Source: Candidatus Latescibacterota bacterium
GTDB taxonomy: Bacteria; Latescibacterota; UBA2968; GCA-2709665
Assembly: GCA_965219455.1 (NCBI GenBank)
Contig: OZ244744.1
Coordinates: forward strand, 1,184,001-1,248,000
DNA length: 64,000 nt
Direction of reading: 5' to 3'
Below, in pieces: positions 47,977-58,199 of the stretch; position 1 is the first letter of the stretch, and every line of letters starts with the position of its first letter. Position numbers and translations under genes: made by a program. The notes under the pieces are model-generated. The model was not told the DNA's origin and did no database searches. It saw only the letters and a program-made list of their open reading frames with translations.

Positions 47977-49361
47977 CAAAATACCCCCGATTGGTTCCCA
48001 GAGAGGCGCGAACCACCACCGACTCCGCAAAATCGATGTACGATATCGCACAGCACCCGTGTGCCGAACCACAGGTTCTCCACCGAGGTGCGTTCGTCAT
48101 GCCCGTGAATCAGATTCCATTCCTCTTCTCCCGGGGCGCCCCTGAAGGGCATAAAACCGTACACCTGGGTTTCCGGCCGGCGCGGACAGATGTGTTTCGC
48201 ATCCGTTCCCCCCGTGGATAGTGACGGTACCACACGCGCCCCGGGGTCGTGATCCGCCATCACCTCCACAATGGTCCGGTACAGCGGAGAGTCGATCCCG
48301 GCCTCCAGCGGCGGAGTGTACTGGTCCACCTCGATACGAACATCGTCTCCTATCAGCGGCCGGATCTCCTCGAAGAAGCTCGTATCGGTCTGCCCGGGCG
48401 CAAGCCTGCCGTCGACCCACGCCGTCGCCTCGGTGGGGATCACGTTGATCTTCTGCCCGGCCTGCAGCATGGTCACGGAAGCGGTGTTTCGCAGCAACGC
48501 GCGCAGGTTCGACACGATCTCGGGCGCCACCGGAAGCGATCCGAGCGCCGACTCGCTGCACGAAGGATCCAGGACTCGTCGCAGCAGGTCCGCCGTGCAG
48601 GAATCCTGGGTTTCCGCAATTCCGTCCAGGAAAGCGCGAACGGTCCCGGAGGGATGCATCGGCAACACGACCCGTCCCAGGGCTGCGACCGCTTCCGAAA
48701 GCCTCACCAGGGCATTCTCGGGGTGCGGCCTGGATCCATGGCCGGGTTGCCCACGGGCCACCATCCGAAATCTGCAGATCCCCTTCTGCCCCGTCTGGCA
48801 CGTATAGAACCGGGCGTCACCCACCCGAAAGTCCGCACCGCCGCCCTCCGTCAGCACAAACGGCGCGTCCACCTGCTCCGGATGGTTGTCCAGCAGCCAG
48901 CCGATGCCATGGACCCCCTTGCCCGCCTCTTCATCGGCCGTGGCGGCGAAAATCACATCCCGCTTCAAATTGATCCGGTGTCGCTTCAACAGCAGAAACA
49001 CCATCAGTTCGGCCGCCACCATATTTTTCATATCCAGCGCGCCGCGTCCCCAGACGTACCCGTCGTGGAACTCTCCGCCGAACGGAGGATGCCGCCATCT
49101 TTCGGGTTCAACCGCCACCACGTCCGTGTGTCCCAGCAGCACGAGCGGCCCGCCGCCGCCGGCCAACCGAGCGGTAACGTTGCCCCGCCCCGGCCGCGAC
49201 TCGGTCACCTGAGGATCGAAACCCTCTCTCCGCAACACCCCGGCAAGGTACTCCGCCGCGAGTATCTCGTTTCCGGGCGGATTGGTCGTGTCCAGGCGGA
49301 TCAGATCCTGAAGATATCCCGTCACCTCCTCACGGACCGCATTCCAGTCGATTGGTTCCAA
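47976..49361 (-). CDS. M20 family metallopeptidase/deacylase
   Basis: TTNPPGNE, GHTDVV, GRGALDMK, ADEE, HGHDER. Confidence 0.92.
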   Translation of the reverse strand: MEPIDWNAVREEVTGYLQDLIRLDTTNPPGNEILAAEYLAGVLRREGFDPQVTESRPGRGNVTARLAGGGGPLVLLGHTDVVAVEPERWRHPPFGGEFHDGYVWGRGALDMKNMVAAELMVFLLLKRHRINLKRDVIFAATADEEAGKGVHGIGWLLDNHPEQVDAPFVLTEGGGADFRVGDARFYTCQTGQKGICRFRMVARGQPGHGSRPHPENALVRLSEAVAALGRVVLPMHPSGTVRAFLDGIAETQDSCTADLLRRVLDPSCSESALGSLPVAPEIVSNLRALLRNTASVTMLQAGQKINVIPTEATAWVDGRLAPGQTDTSFFEEIRPLIGDDVRIEVDQYTPPLEAGIDSPLYRTIVEVMADHDPGARVVPSLSTGGTDAKHICPRRPETQVYGFMPFRGAPGEEEWNLIHGHDERTSVENLWFGTRVLCDIVHRFCGVGGGSRLSGNQSGVF

Positions 49362-49491
49362 ACCTGTCCTCCGGGAAAACGGGGATTCGTCCGCATTCCA
49401 GCTTAAGGGCCGTCAAGGGCCGCAATTTTATACGTGGTGCCTCACCCAATTGCCGCCAGGCGTGCACGCGGCGTTCTCCGGCCGAGGATCC

Positions 49492-50943
49492 TCAGAGATC
49501 CAGAGATGCCGGCGACCAATCCTCCAGAGGCGTAAACCTCGTGGTATCCAGATCGAAGCCGTACCCGAATGGCGCATCCACGACGCTTCCGATATTCAGC
49601 CGTCCGCCCTTCACGTCCAACGTTGGAAACCCCGCTTCGTGACGGCGGTAAAGCGTGCCGTGATGCTGGAGAACCGTCGACTGTACGTCTTGGGGATACA
49701 TGCTCAGCCCGGTGAAATAGTGATGACCGTTGCGCTCCGTATGGCCCACCCCCAGACATGCCGCCACCGCCAGGTCCTGCAGCAGCGCGACGGGGCCGAC
49801 ATTTCCCAGATCCTCGCTGCTTAAAACGTACTTCCGGCCGGGGTCCTTCTGCCGTCTGTCTGCGATGAGACAGGCGCTGGCGACGCCTTTGAAGATTCCC
49901 TTGCAGTTCTTGTGGCTGGTTCCGGCATATCCCAGTTCCAGCGCCTGCGCAGCGCTGGTCAGCGTCCCGTCCGACTCATCGATGATCATCGGCGGGCGGC
50001 TCGTCCAGTCCCGCAGCGCGGCGCCCACGCCCTCGCCCAGGGCGACGTCACGCCTCAACGGCTGCTCCACAAACAACAGCCGACCCATGAACCGATCGAG
50101 CGACGGATCCGCCGTAACCGCCTCCCACAACGCCCGGAACGGATCGATTTCAGTGTATTGCTCGTTCCCATCCAGCGTAAACGCGTAGTCGGATCCGGAA
50201 TACCGTTCCATCAATCCGGCGATATGTTTCAACCGGTCCGCGTCCTGAGCTGCATCGCCGCACAACTTGATCTTCAAATGCGTCAGACCGTACGCCTGTA
50301 TACTGGCTTCGAGAGATTGCGGCAGCCCGTCGTCCACACGTTCTTCCCCGGAGATATCCGCGTCCGTCAGGGGATCGGTTAACCCTACGGTATGCCGGGC
50401 CAGAATCGACCGGCTCGCCCGTTCGGGCAGCAGCGCCGCGGGATCGACCCCATTCAGATCGTGGTGTATCTCACCCAGCCGAATGCCGAACGTATTCTCT
50501 CGCAGCGCACCCTCGAACACGGCCCCGGTTGCCCGGCAGAACGCGTCGATCAAAGCCCGCTCCACCAGGCTCACACCGAAACCCCACAGCAGTGGCGGAT
50601 AGGCACCGGATGCCGCCCATTCCTCCTGACCGTTGTAGATTTCCCGCCAGAATCCATAGACCGTCTCCGCCGGACCCGCGGCCAGAGCCAGACGGCACGC
50701 CTGCCGGATCACCGCCAGCATTTCTTCCAGGTCGTCCTCGAAAGACGCCTCCGGGTTCTTCGTAAACCACTTGGGGGGCAGCCCATCCGCCGCGAGCCCG
50801 ACCTCCCGGCGTCCGCCTGTCTCCGTGGTCACCCGGACGAACAGATGGGGCACGGCAACGAGGGACGCGATCCCATACCGGAACGGCATTCGCGCTTTCA
50901 TATTCAAGACGTTCAAATCGATATCTTTTATTACGATTGACAT
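49492..50943 (-). CDS. Enolase-superfamily-like protein
   Basis: LKIKL, LDGNEQY, EQP, IDES metal-ligand spacing. Confidence 0.65.
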   Translation of the reverse strand: MSIVIKDIDLNVLNMKARMPFRYGIASLVAVPHLFVRVTTETGGRREVGLAADGLPPKWFTKNPEASFEDDLEEMLAVIRQACRLALAAGPAETVYGFWREIYNGQEEWAASGAYPPLLWGFGVSLVERALIDAFCRATGAVFEGALRENTFGIRLGEIHHDLNGVDPAALLPERASRSILARHTVGLTDPLTDADISGEERVDDGLPQSLEASIQAYGLTHLKIKLCGDAAQDADRLKHIAGLMERYSGSDYAFTLDGNEQYTEIDPFRALWEAVTADPSLDRFMGRLLFVEQPLRRDVALGEGVGAALRDWTSRPPMIIDESDGTLTSAAQALELGYAGTSHKNCKGIFKGVASACLIADRRQKDPGRKYVLSSEDLGNVGPVALLQDLAVAACLGVGHTERNGHHYFTGLSMYPQDVQSTVLQHHGTLYRRHEAGFPTLDVKGGRLNIGSVVDAPFGYGFDLDTTRFTPLEDWSPASLDL

Positions 50944-50962
50944 CCGGATCCCAAAAAAAGTA

Positions 50963-50990
50963 AGACGTGAGACGGAAGACGTGAGACGAA
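50963..50990 (+). repeat. Short heptamer tandem repeat (AGACGTG/AGACGGA/AGACGAA)
   Basis: AGACGTG AGACGGA AGACGTG AGACGAA. Confidence 0.6.
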
Positions 50991-51021
50991 AAGAAACATC
51001 GCCAGCGACGTCATTCCTTTT

Positions 51022-51048
51022 GTAGGGGCGACCGGCCGGTCGCCCTAC
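51022..51048. repeat. GTAG-type REP palindrome overlapping the amidohydrolase stop codon
   Basis: GTAGGGGCGACCGGCCGGTCGCCCTAC, one base shorter than the copy at 44954. Confidence 0.85.
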
Positions 51049-51881
51049 GCTTCATCCAGTCCGATTACGCGAACCGCGTTCCGATGCAGAATATCCTCCA
51101 GCGCTTCCGGATCGTCTACCATCCGTCTCAGAAACGGCAGACTCTTCGCCGCAAAACACCCCGGCGGATAGTCGGCACCCTGTCCGTCGGCGCAAGGGCA
51201 ATCGGTGGCAAACAGAAGCTTGCGCCGGTGGCGCATCAGAAAGTCCCTCCCAAACGCTTCGTCCCGGGTGAGCGCCCCCAGCCCGGACCCGGCGGACAGG
51301 TCCGCATAGACGTTTTCGTAGTCGGACAGCAACCGGTCCGCCAGTCCACCCGGAACCACCACCCCCCGGGGGTACAGTGTTTCCTCCGGCGGGGGCACTT
51401 CGGCACTGATATTGGCCCACCAGGACTGAGCGTGCCCGATGAACCTGATTTCCCGAAACTTGCGCACCAGCGTCTCCAGATGTTCGATCCCCTGGTTGTA
51501 ACCTCGACTGCCCTCCTGAAAATGCCACGTGACTGGCCAACGCATCTCGTTGCAGAACGCCAGCACGCGTTCCAGGCCCGGATGATCCAGCGGGACGTGC
51601 TGTTTCTGTTCTCCGTACCCCCTGAACACACCCAGTGCGGCGCGTCGTTCGAGTTCCGCAACCGCGTCTTTCCGTGTCACGTCCACGTGGCAGAAGGGAA
51701 TGACTCTGTCCGGGTACCGCTCATATGCCATAGCCACGGCGTCGGATAGCCACTCGTATTCGCGATCGCCTGTCTCTATCGGCAGGAACACCGCCTTTTC
51801 CGCGCCTATGCCCTCGATATGCCGGATCGTATTCTCCAGACTCCTGCCCTGATGTCCAATGTGCAGATGCGCATCAATCAT
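51045..51881 (-). CDS. Amidohydrolase_2 family protein
   Basis: IDAHLH, IGHA, YADLSAGSG, LFATDCP, ILHRNA. Confidence 0.88.
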   Translation of the reverse strand: MIDAHLHIGHQGRSLENTIRHIEGIGAEKAVFLPIETGDREYEWLSDAVAMAYERYPDRVIPFCHVDVTRKDAVAELERRAALGVFRGYGEQKQHVPLDHPGLERVLAFCNEMRWPVTWHFQEGSRGYNQGIEHLETLVRKFREIRFIGHAQSWWANISAEVPPPEETLYPRGVVVPGGLADRLLSDYENVYADLSAGSGLGALTRDEAFGRDFLMRHRRKLLFATDCPCADGQGADYPPGCFAAKSLPFLRRMVDDPEALEDILHRNAVRVIGLDEA

Positions 51882-52975
51882 CGGCTCAACACCTCCTTCA
51901 AGCGACGGCCCACAATCTCCTCCTCACTAGGCGCCAGCGTCATCGGATCCACGACGATTCCTTTCCCGCTTCGACGGATTATCACCGGAGGATCCCCTTC
52001 CCGCATAGCCCGAATCACCTCGGCGGCTTCACTCCCGGGGAGATCCACGTACGCCCTGGGGGTGAAATCGGGAGACGCCTGCTGGCCCTCCCCCAACAGG
52101 TACGCCACAGCGCCCGGTACTTCCGCCAGGGTCTCCACCACCCGCTTCGCCCGTCGATGCCAGGTCGTCCGGTCCTCCTCGTCGCTCCCCGCCAGAAACA
52201 GATCCACGGCCGCCAACAGCCCGAGGATCTCTTCCTTGCCCACTTTCATTCCACGCCCCACCGCGCTGAAGGGGCTGGCATTCAGACTGACCGCGTCCAC
52301 GTACTCCCTCTTTCCCAGAACCATCCCCGTGCATTGCGGCCCCCGCAGACCCTTGCCTCCGCTGAAGACCACCAGGGTCGCGCCGATGTCTACAATCTCC
52401 GTCAAATTCGTTCTGGGCGGAAGCTGGGCCGCGGCGTCGACCACCACCGGGACCCCCATGCTGTCCGCCCCGGCAATCACCTCTTCGAGCTGGGCCTTGC
52501 TCTGCGTTCCCAGGAAATGGACCACGGCCGCCGTCCGTTCCGTGATCCCGCCCAGAATGTCGCTGGCCGTCACGTCCGTCCTGCTGCCCACCCGCACCAG
52601 TTTTCCTCCACAGATCTCGATCCCCTGATGGATGTACGTATGGGAGTCCACGAGACTGACAACGAACTCGTTCCGCCAGCCTTCCGTATGCGGCAGCGAC
52701 CGGACCCTCTCCGCGTCCGTACCCGTCAGACACGCCGCCGCCGAAAGCTGTACGCCGCTTGCCGCGCCACAGGATACGAATGCCGCCTCGACACCGATTT
52801 TTCCGGCCAGGTATTCGCCCGCCCTTTCGTTCAACTTCGGAAGATCCACGAACGCCCCAGCCGCTTCCCGCATGGCCTCCAGCACTTCGGAAGGCATCAG
52901 ACTGCCGCCGAGGGTTGTAATCGTTCCACTGGCGTTGATGAACGGTCTTACACCCAGTTCCTGGTAGTTGATCAT
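51878..52975 (-). CDS. SelA-like PLP-dependent enzyme (DgaE-type family)
   Basis: LGVRPFINASGTITTLGGS, VDAAAQ, FSGGKGLRGPQ, GRGMKVGKEE; GGAGGAG RBS. Confidence 0.85.
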   Translation of the reverse strand: MINYQELGVRPFINASGTITTLGGSLMPSEVLEAMREAAGAFVDLPKLNERAGEYLAGKIGVEAAFVSCGAASGVQLSAAACLTGTDAERVRSLPHTEGWRNEFVVSLVDSHTYIHQGIEICGGKLVRVGSRTDVTASDILGGITERTAAVVHFLGTQSKAQLEEVIAGADSMGVPVVVDAAAQLPPRTNLTEIVDIGATLVVFSGGKGLRGPQCTGMVLGKREYVDAVSLNASPFSAVGRGMKVGKEEILGLLAAVDLFLAGSDEEDRTTWHRRAKRVVETLAEVPGAVAYLLGEGQQASPDFTPRAYVDLPGSEAAEVIRAMREGDPPVIIRRSGKGIVVDPMTLAPSEEEIVGRRLKEVLSR

Positions 52976-52986
52976 ATTCTCCTCCG

Positions 52987-53136
52987 GTGTTCTGTCCCGA
53001 AAATAGATTGCCAAAATTCGGCCGCCGAGTCGCCCGGCTGGCAAGGCGCCTGAGCGAGGCGACCTGGGCAAGGTCGGCGAGCGAGGGCAACGCAGCCAGA
53101 CGGGATGAATGGTAGCATATTTCCGGGACGGGACAC
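52987..53136. mobile_element. 150-bp MITE-like element
   Basis: 19-bp inverted ends GTGTTCTGTCCCGAAAATA / TATTTCCGGGACGGGACAC (16/19); internal CAAGGCG...GCAACGCAG shared with the 2961 MITE. Confidence 0.65.
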
Positions 53137-53215
53137 GAGTATTGATGGTGTAAAACGCAACATCCCCGGGGCACGGCGCCCGACGTGGAGGGCCCTGGAC
53201 AGAATGTCCGATCCC

Positions 53216-53998
53216 CTACGGATAAGGGAAATTGCGATCCCTGTCGGCCCGGGACAGTTCGGCCAGAAACCTGCCCGTGCCGTCGATGCTTGAATCGATA
53301 ACAATCTTACCCTTTTCCCGGGAAGCCCTGCTTGCGTCTCCCCCGGCGGATGCCGGCATGTAAAGATGCCAGGGTCTCACAAAATCCACCTGGAACTCCG
53401 TCAGGACCTCCAGCGCCGGCCGCCTGCGCGGATTGTCGCCGATCTTTGCCGAATGGACGAGGTCGGGTCGCAAGTAGAGCATTTGAGACGTCTCATCCTC
53501 GCCCGCGTGGTCGCTTGGTTTCTCGCAAACCTGCCGCGCCTCCAACGACGCGCACGAAGATGCCTGGATCAGGCAGACGAACGCGCCGTCGGCGGCTGTC
53601 AGGTCGCGCATCGCCGCCCGGATCACGTCCGGATTGCCTCCGTGGGCATTCATGAATACCACCTTCTCGATGGCATCCGCCTCGCACATTTTCACGAGGT
53701 CCTTCAGCAGGGCCATAAACGTAGACACCTGCATGCGGCAGGCGAACGGAAAGGCGCGAAAATTGTTGTTCAGGCTGATGCGGACGGTGGGCAGACACAC
53801 CACGCGGCCCCCCTGCCTGTTCGCCTCCCGGGTGGCGCCGCAGGCGATCGCCTCTGCCCGATAGCTATCGGTTCCATACGGCAGCGCCGGACCGTGCGGT
53901 TCCGTTGACCCGATCGGAATCACGGCAACGTCCGGCTTCAGCCCGCGAACCTGGTCGATGGTCATTTCTTCGAGAATACCTGAGTAACTCTCAGCCAT
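53216..53998 (-). CDS. Creatininase family amidohydrolase
   Basis: PIGSTEPHGPALPYGTD, NAHGGN, HAGEDETS. Confidence 0.92.
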   Translation of the reverse strand: MAESYSGILEEMTIDQVRGLKPDVAVIPIGSTEPHGPALPYGTDSYRAEAIACGATREANRQGGRVVCLPTVRISLNNNFRAFPFACRMQVSTFMALLKDLVKMCEADAIEKVVFMNAHGGNPDVIRAAMRDLTAADGAFVCLIQASSCASLEARQVCEKPSDHAGEDETSQMLYLRPDLVHSAKIGDNPRRRPALEVLTEFQVDFVRPWHLYMPASAGGDASRASREKGKIVIDSSIDGTGRFLAELSRADRDRNFPYP

Positions 53999-54028
53999 GC
54001 GAACCTCCTGTCAAAAATTTGCGATCAC

Positions 54029-54057
54029 AAGATAGGCCCGCATCCGGCCTCTGTCAA
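54029..54057 (-). promoter_or_regulatory. Putative sigma70 promoter of the catabolic run
   Basis: TTGACA-N17-TATCTT on the minus strand. Confidence 0.65.
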
Positions 54058-54128
54058 GATATCGCGGATCAGGGGCTTCCACGCGGCCCGCCGCGTGGAA
54101 AGTGGCGCTCCCACGCACAGACTTTTGC

Positions 54129-54157
54129 TTGACCCGCATTTGGGGATTCGGTAAATT
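54129..54157 (+). promoter_or_regulatory. Putative sigma70 promoter of aroC
   Basis: TTGACC-N17-TAAATT. Confidence 0.55.
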
Positions 54158-54235
54158 GAGGCCGTTTCCGTCGAGGTGAGGCGACGGCTTCACGAACGGG
54201 AAATCCAGCCGCATACAGCAGGGAGCGAACGCCGC

Positions 54236-55315
54236 ATGGGCAACACTTTCGGTCACCTCTTCCGCATCACCACCTGGGGCGAATCCCACGGCGGCGGCGT
54301 AGGCGTCGTTGTTGACGGCTGCCCACCCAATCTCGAGATCACCTCACGGGAGATTCAGGCTGAACTGGACCGCCGCAGGCCCGGCCAGAGCAGAATCACC
54401 ACCCAGCGGAGAGAAGAAGACCGCGTCGAAATTCTATCCGGTGTCTTTGAAGGCAAGACCCTCGGCACACCCATCTCGCTGCTTGTGCGTAACAAAGACG
54501 CCCGCACCAAAGACTACGAGGAAGTGCGCGTAAAATACCGTCCGTCCCACGCCGACTACACCTACCAGGCAAAATACGGCATCCGCGACTGGCAGGGCGG
54601 CGGGCGGGCCAGTGCGCGCGAGACCATAGGTCGCGTGGCTGCCGGAGCGATCGCACGCAAAATCCTGCACCAGGCGCTTGGCGTGGAGATCCTGGCCTTT
54701 GTCAAACGCGTACGCAACCTGACGGCCGGCGTCGATCCCGACGTCGTCACCCGGGACCAGATCGAATCCAATATCGTACGCTGTCCCGACCCCGATATTG
54801 CGCATCGGATGATCGAACAGATCGAACAGGCAAGAAAAGACGGCGATTCCCTCGGCGGCGTCGTGGAAGCCGTAGCCCGCGGGGTGCCGCCCGGTCTGGG
54901 GGAACCCGTATTCGACAAACTGGAAGCCGACCTGGGCAAAGCCATCCTTTCTCTGCCGGCCTGTAAGGGATTTGAAATCGGATCGGGTTTTGCCGGTACA
55001 AAGCTCACCGGTTCCGCCCACAACGATCCATTCTTCAACGACGGAGACAGGATACGTACGCGTACCAACCGTTCCGGTGGCATTCAGGGCGGCATCTCCA
55101 ATGGCGAGAACATCGTCGTCCGCGCCGCCTTCAAACCGACGGCAACCATCCTCAAGTCACAGGAAACCGTGGATATTCACGGTAACGCGGCCACGTTGTC
55201 GGGCCGCGGCCGACACGATCCCTGCGTACTTCCCCGCGCGGTGCCGATGGTCGAATCCATGATTGCACTCGTCCTGGCCGACCACCATCTCCTCCACAAG
55301 GCCCGTAGTGAATGA
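54236..55315 (+). CDS. aroC: Chorismate synthase
   Basis: [39 protein letters not shown]. Confidence 0.98.
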   Translation: MGNTFGHLFRITTWGESHGGGVGVVVDGCPPNLEITSREIQAELDRRRPGQSRITTQRREEDRVEILSGVFEGKTLGTPISLLVRNKDARTKDYEEVRVKYRPSHADYTYQAKYGIRDWQGGGRASARETIGRVAAGAIARKILHQALGVEILAFVKRVRNLTAGVDPDVVTRDQIESNIVRCPDPDIAHRMIEQIEQARKDGDSLGGVVEAVARGVPPGLGEPVFDKLEADLGKAILSLPACKGFEIGSGFAGTKLTGSAHNDPFFNDGDRIRTRTNRSGGIQGGISNGENIVVRAAFKPTATILKSQETVDIHGNAATLSGRGRHDPCVLPRAVPMVESMIALVLADHHLLHKARSE

Positions 55316-55379
55316 GTCTGGCCCCGAATCGGGGTTCCCGGCGCCTCATCCGTTGTCACCGACACGCGGTTCAGTCTCT

Positions 55380-57038
55380 ATGGATCCACAGATATTCACA
55401 TGTACAAAGAACGGACGCCCTCTCGTTTATCGCTTCCCGTGGAAAAACTTCACGCACCTGCTCCAACAACGGGCAACCCATCGGGATGATCGCGCGGCCA
55501 TCATATTCCGCGACCTGGACCGGGAAAAACGGTCGGTTGTCACGTACGGCGATCTGGACCGACGGACCGCCGCGCTGGCCGGCCGTCTTCAAGGTGACTA
55601 CGGCATCCGTCCGGGAGACAGGGTGTCCCTGGCGATGCCCAATTGTCCCGAAATACTCCTGATCACCCATGCCCTCTTCCGTCTTGGCGCCGCCGCCGTC
55701 CCTCTGGATCTCAGGCGCGACGGGCGGGAACGAAAACGGTACAAACTACAAGACTCCCGCGCAAAATTGCTGTGCGTCCTTCCGGATCACCTGGATTCCG
55801 AACGGACAATCGCACCGGAGGTTCCCGTCGCGGCCACGGACAGCCTTCTTGCGGGCGAGGTTCATCGGACCACAGACCTGGAACCGGAATGGAGCGGAGA
55901 CGCCGTCGCGGAACAGGGCACCGGTATTATCCTGTATACGTCCGGAACGACCGGTAAGCCCAAGGGTGTCTTGCTCACGCGACAGAGCATTGTAAGCAAT
56001 GCGGATGGCATTCGCCGCTGGCTGCTTTTCGACGAAAACGAACGCCTCAGCCTGGTGCTGCCGCTGCACCACGTTAACTCAACTGTCTTCTCCATCGCGC
56101 TTTTCATGGTCGGCGGCACGCTCGTTCTCAACTCCCGCTACAGCACCTCCACTTTCTGGCCCGTCATTGCAGAAGAGAGAGCCACATCCAGCAGCATTGT
56201 TCCCACCATCATGCGGGATCTGCTTGCCGACGCCGCCGCGTTCGACGCGGCCGGTCACGACGTCTCCGCACTGAAGAAGATAATGATCGGCAGCGCGCCC
56301 GTTCCCGCGGGCCCTGCGGTGCGGTTCCACGATCATTTCGGCGTGCGCCTCATCCAGGGCTACGGCACCACCGAAGTCAGCCTTCGGGTAACCGGCGTTC
56401 CGCCCGACCTGCCCGAAAACGAATATCGGGAGGCTCTTGTACAGAACGCCGCGGGCGTAGAACTGAACAACAATAACGTCCGCCTCGAGGGCAACCCGCC
56501 GCCTGGCGAACTCGGGGAAATCCTGGTTCGCGGCCCGGTCGTATCGGGCGGGTACCTCAACCAGCCGGCCGCCACCGACGAAGTTTTCAAGGGGGGTTGG
56601 TTCCACACCGGCGATATCGGATACCGGCGCGCCATTGGGGGCCGCGATTTCTTCTTCGTTCATAGCCGAAAAAAGGAAATCGTTATCAAGGGCGGCGTTA
56701 ACATCTCCCCGATTGCCGTTGAAAACGCCCTTGTAGAAGCCTTTCCCGAGCTGGCCGCGGCCTACGTTACCGGCCTCGAGGACGAACGCTGGGGACAGGA
56801 GGTCTGCGCCGCGCTCGTCTTCCGCAACGGCATGGCGCCCAAGATACAGGAAGAAGCTGCAGGGAGGATTCTGAGCGCGGGACGGGCCGGAAAGGTAGCG
56901 AATCTCAGCCCCTACGAAGCGCCGTGCAAGACCATACCATTCAACCCCGACCGCCTGCCAATGACTTCCACGGGAAAGGTCCAGCGCAGCGCCCTGCGCG
57001 AAATCGTACAGGAAATTGTGAACCGGTCGGACGCCTGA
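55380..57038 (+). CDS. Class I adenylate-forming enzyme (acyl-CoA ligase)
   Basis: YTSGTTGKPKG, GYGTTE, FHTGDIG, TSTGKVQR. Confidence 0.92.
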   Translation: MDPQIFTCTKNGRPLVYRFPWKNFTHLLQQRATHRDDRAAIIFRDLDREKRSVVTYGDLDRRTAALAGRLQGDYGIRPGDRVSLAMPNCPEILLITHALFRLGAAAVPLDLRRDGRERKRYKLQDSRAKLLCVLPDHLDSERTIAPEVPVAATDSLLAGEVHRTTDLEPEWSGDAVAEQGTGIILYTSGTTGKPKGVLLTRQSIVSNADGIRRWLLFDENERLSLVLPLHHVNSTVFSIALFMVGGTLVLNSRYSTSTFWPVIAEERATSSSIVPTIMRDLLADAAAFDAAGHDVSALKKIMIGSAPVPAGPAVRFHDHFGVRLIQGYGTTEVSLRVTGVPPDLPENEYREALVQNAAGVELNNNNVRLEGNPPPGELGEILVRGPVVSGGYLNQPAATDEVFKGGWFHTGDIGYRRAIGGRDFFFVHSRKKEIVIKGGVNISPIAVENALVEAFPELAAAYVTGLEDERWGQEVCAALVFRNGMAPKIQEEAAGRILSAGRAGKVANLSPYEAPCKTIPFNPDRLPMTSTGKVQRSALREIVQEIVNRSDA

Positions 57039-57139
57039 CGGGTCCGATTCCGGAATTCGCGGTATGTAAATACCAGCTTCGGCCCGGCCTGGGATTCGAT
57101 CACGCTGCCGCCACGTCACTTCACTTACCGAGGAGTTGC

Positions 57140-58132
57140 ATGTCACGAAGATTCCTGCTGTCAGCCAACATGCAGAACCCCGAATTCGACTCAGAAAGCC
57201 GCCAGAAACACCTGGAAGACCTGGCCAACGTTGGCAGTGTGGACTACTACACGGGTGAACTCACGGAAAACGATGCGGATGGCGTGGTTGGCGTTATCGC
57301 GAGTTCCTCGCTTATTCACGAAAGTTTCTACGAAGCCGCGGCGGGCCTGCGCATCATTTCCCGCTGGGGTGTTGGTTACGAAAATGTCAACCTGGAGGCG
57401 GCCACCCGACACGGGGTTATCGTCACCATTTCCCCGGAGCACATGGTCACGGTAGCCGAATACGCCATTGCCCAGTGGATGGCAACGCTGAAAAGGGTCT
57501 ACACCCTGAACCAGCTCTCCCACAGCGGCGACTTCTCTCTCATCAGAACCTACGAAGCCGCTGAAACCACGCTTGGCCTGTTCGGATTCGGCCGCATCGG
57601 TCAGGCCGTCGCCGAACGTGCGAAACCTCTTCTGGGTGAAAGGGGGCGCCTGCTCGTATACGACGTACGGCCGGACATTGCCGAACTGGCGTCCCGGTTC
57701 GGGGCCGAACCGGTCGGCGATCCTATCGACCTGTTCAGGGAGTGCGACACCGTGTCCCTGCACGTTTCCGGGGCCGACACCATCGTCACATACGAACTCC
57801 TTTGCGCCATGCAGCCCCATGCCTCACTTATCAACCCCTCCCGGGGCACCCTCGTAGACGACGTCGCCGTCAACCGCGCCATTGTCGAAAGGCGCCTCTG
57901 GTACTACGTGGTAGACGACCCTGTAGACGGCCCTCGAGCCATCCACAAGGGGCACCCACGCATCATCTGTACCAACCACAACGCCGGAATGACTGACGCT
58001 TCGGCTGTACGCCTGGATCACAGGACCTTCGGGCAACTCACCGACGCCATGGAGGGTCGGGAACCTGCGCACATCATCAATCCGGACGTATTGAACCACC
58101 CCAGGGTCAGATCTTTTCTCGGCAGAAGTTAG
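57140..58132 (+). CDS. D-2-hydroxyacid dehydrogenase family protein
   Basis: RWGVGYENV, GFGRIG, INPSRG; GAGGAG RBS. Confidence 0.88.
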   Translation: MSRRFLLSANMQNPEFDSESRQKHLEDLANVGSVDYYTGELTENDADGVVGVIASSSLIHESFYEAAAGLRIISRWGVGYENVNLEAATRHGVIVTISPEHMVTVAEYAIAQWMATLKRVYTLNQLSHSGDFSLIRTYEAAETTLGLFGFGRIGQAVAERAKPLLGERGRLLVYDVRPDIAELASRFGAEPVGDPIDLFRECDTVSLHVSGADTIVTYELLCAMQPHASLINPSRGTLVDDVAVNRAIVERRLWYYVVDDPVDGPRAIHKGHPRIICTNHNAGMTDASAVRLDHRTFGQLTDAMEGREPAHIINPDVLNHPRVRSFLGRS

Positions 58133-58199
58133 ACAAAAACGTCGTCACTTGAACTATGGCGACAGATATGGCGTCCACCTGACCCCGCTCGCTACTGCC

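Noticed and set aside
51878-52975. selA (selenocysteine synthase)
   Set aside because: Shorter SelA-like family without the SelA N-terminal region; no selB, selC or selD nearby.
55380-57038. menE or an NRPS adenylation domain next to aroC
   Set aside because: Only generic adenylate-forming motifs; no men genes and no carrier or condensation domains.
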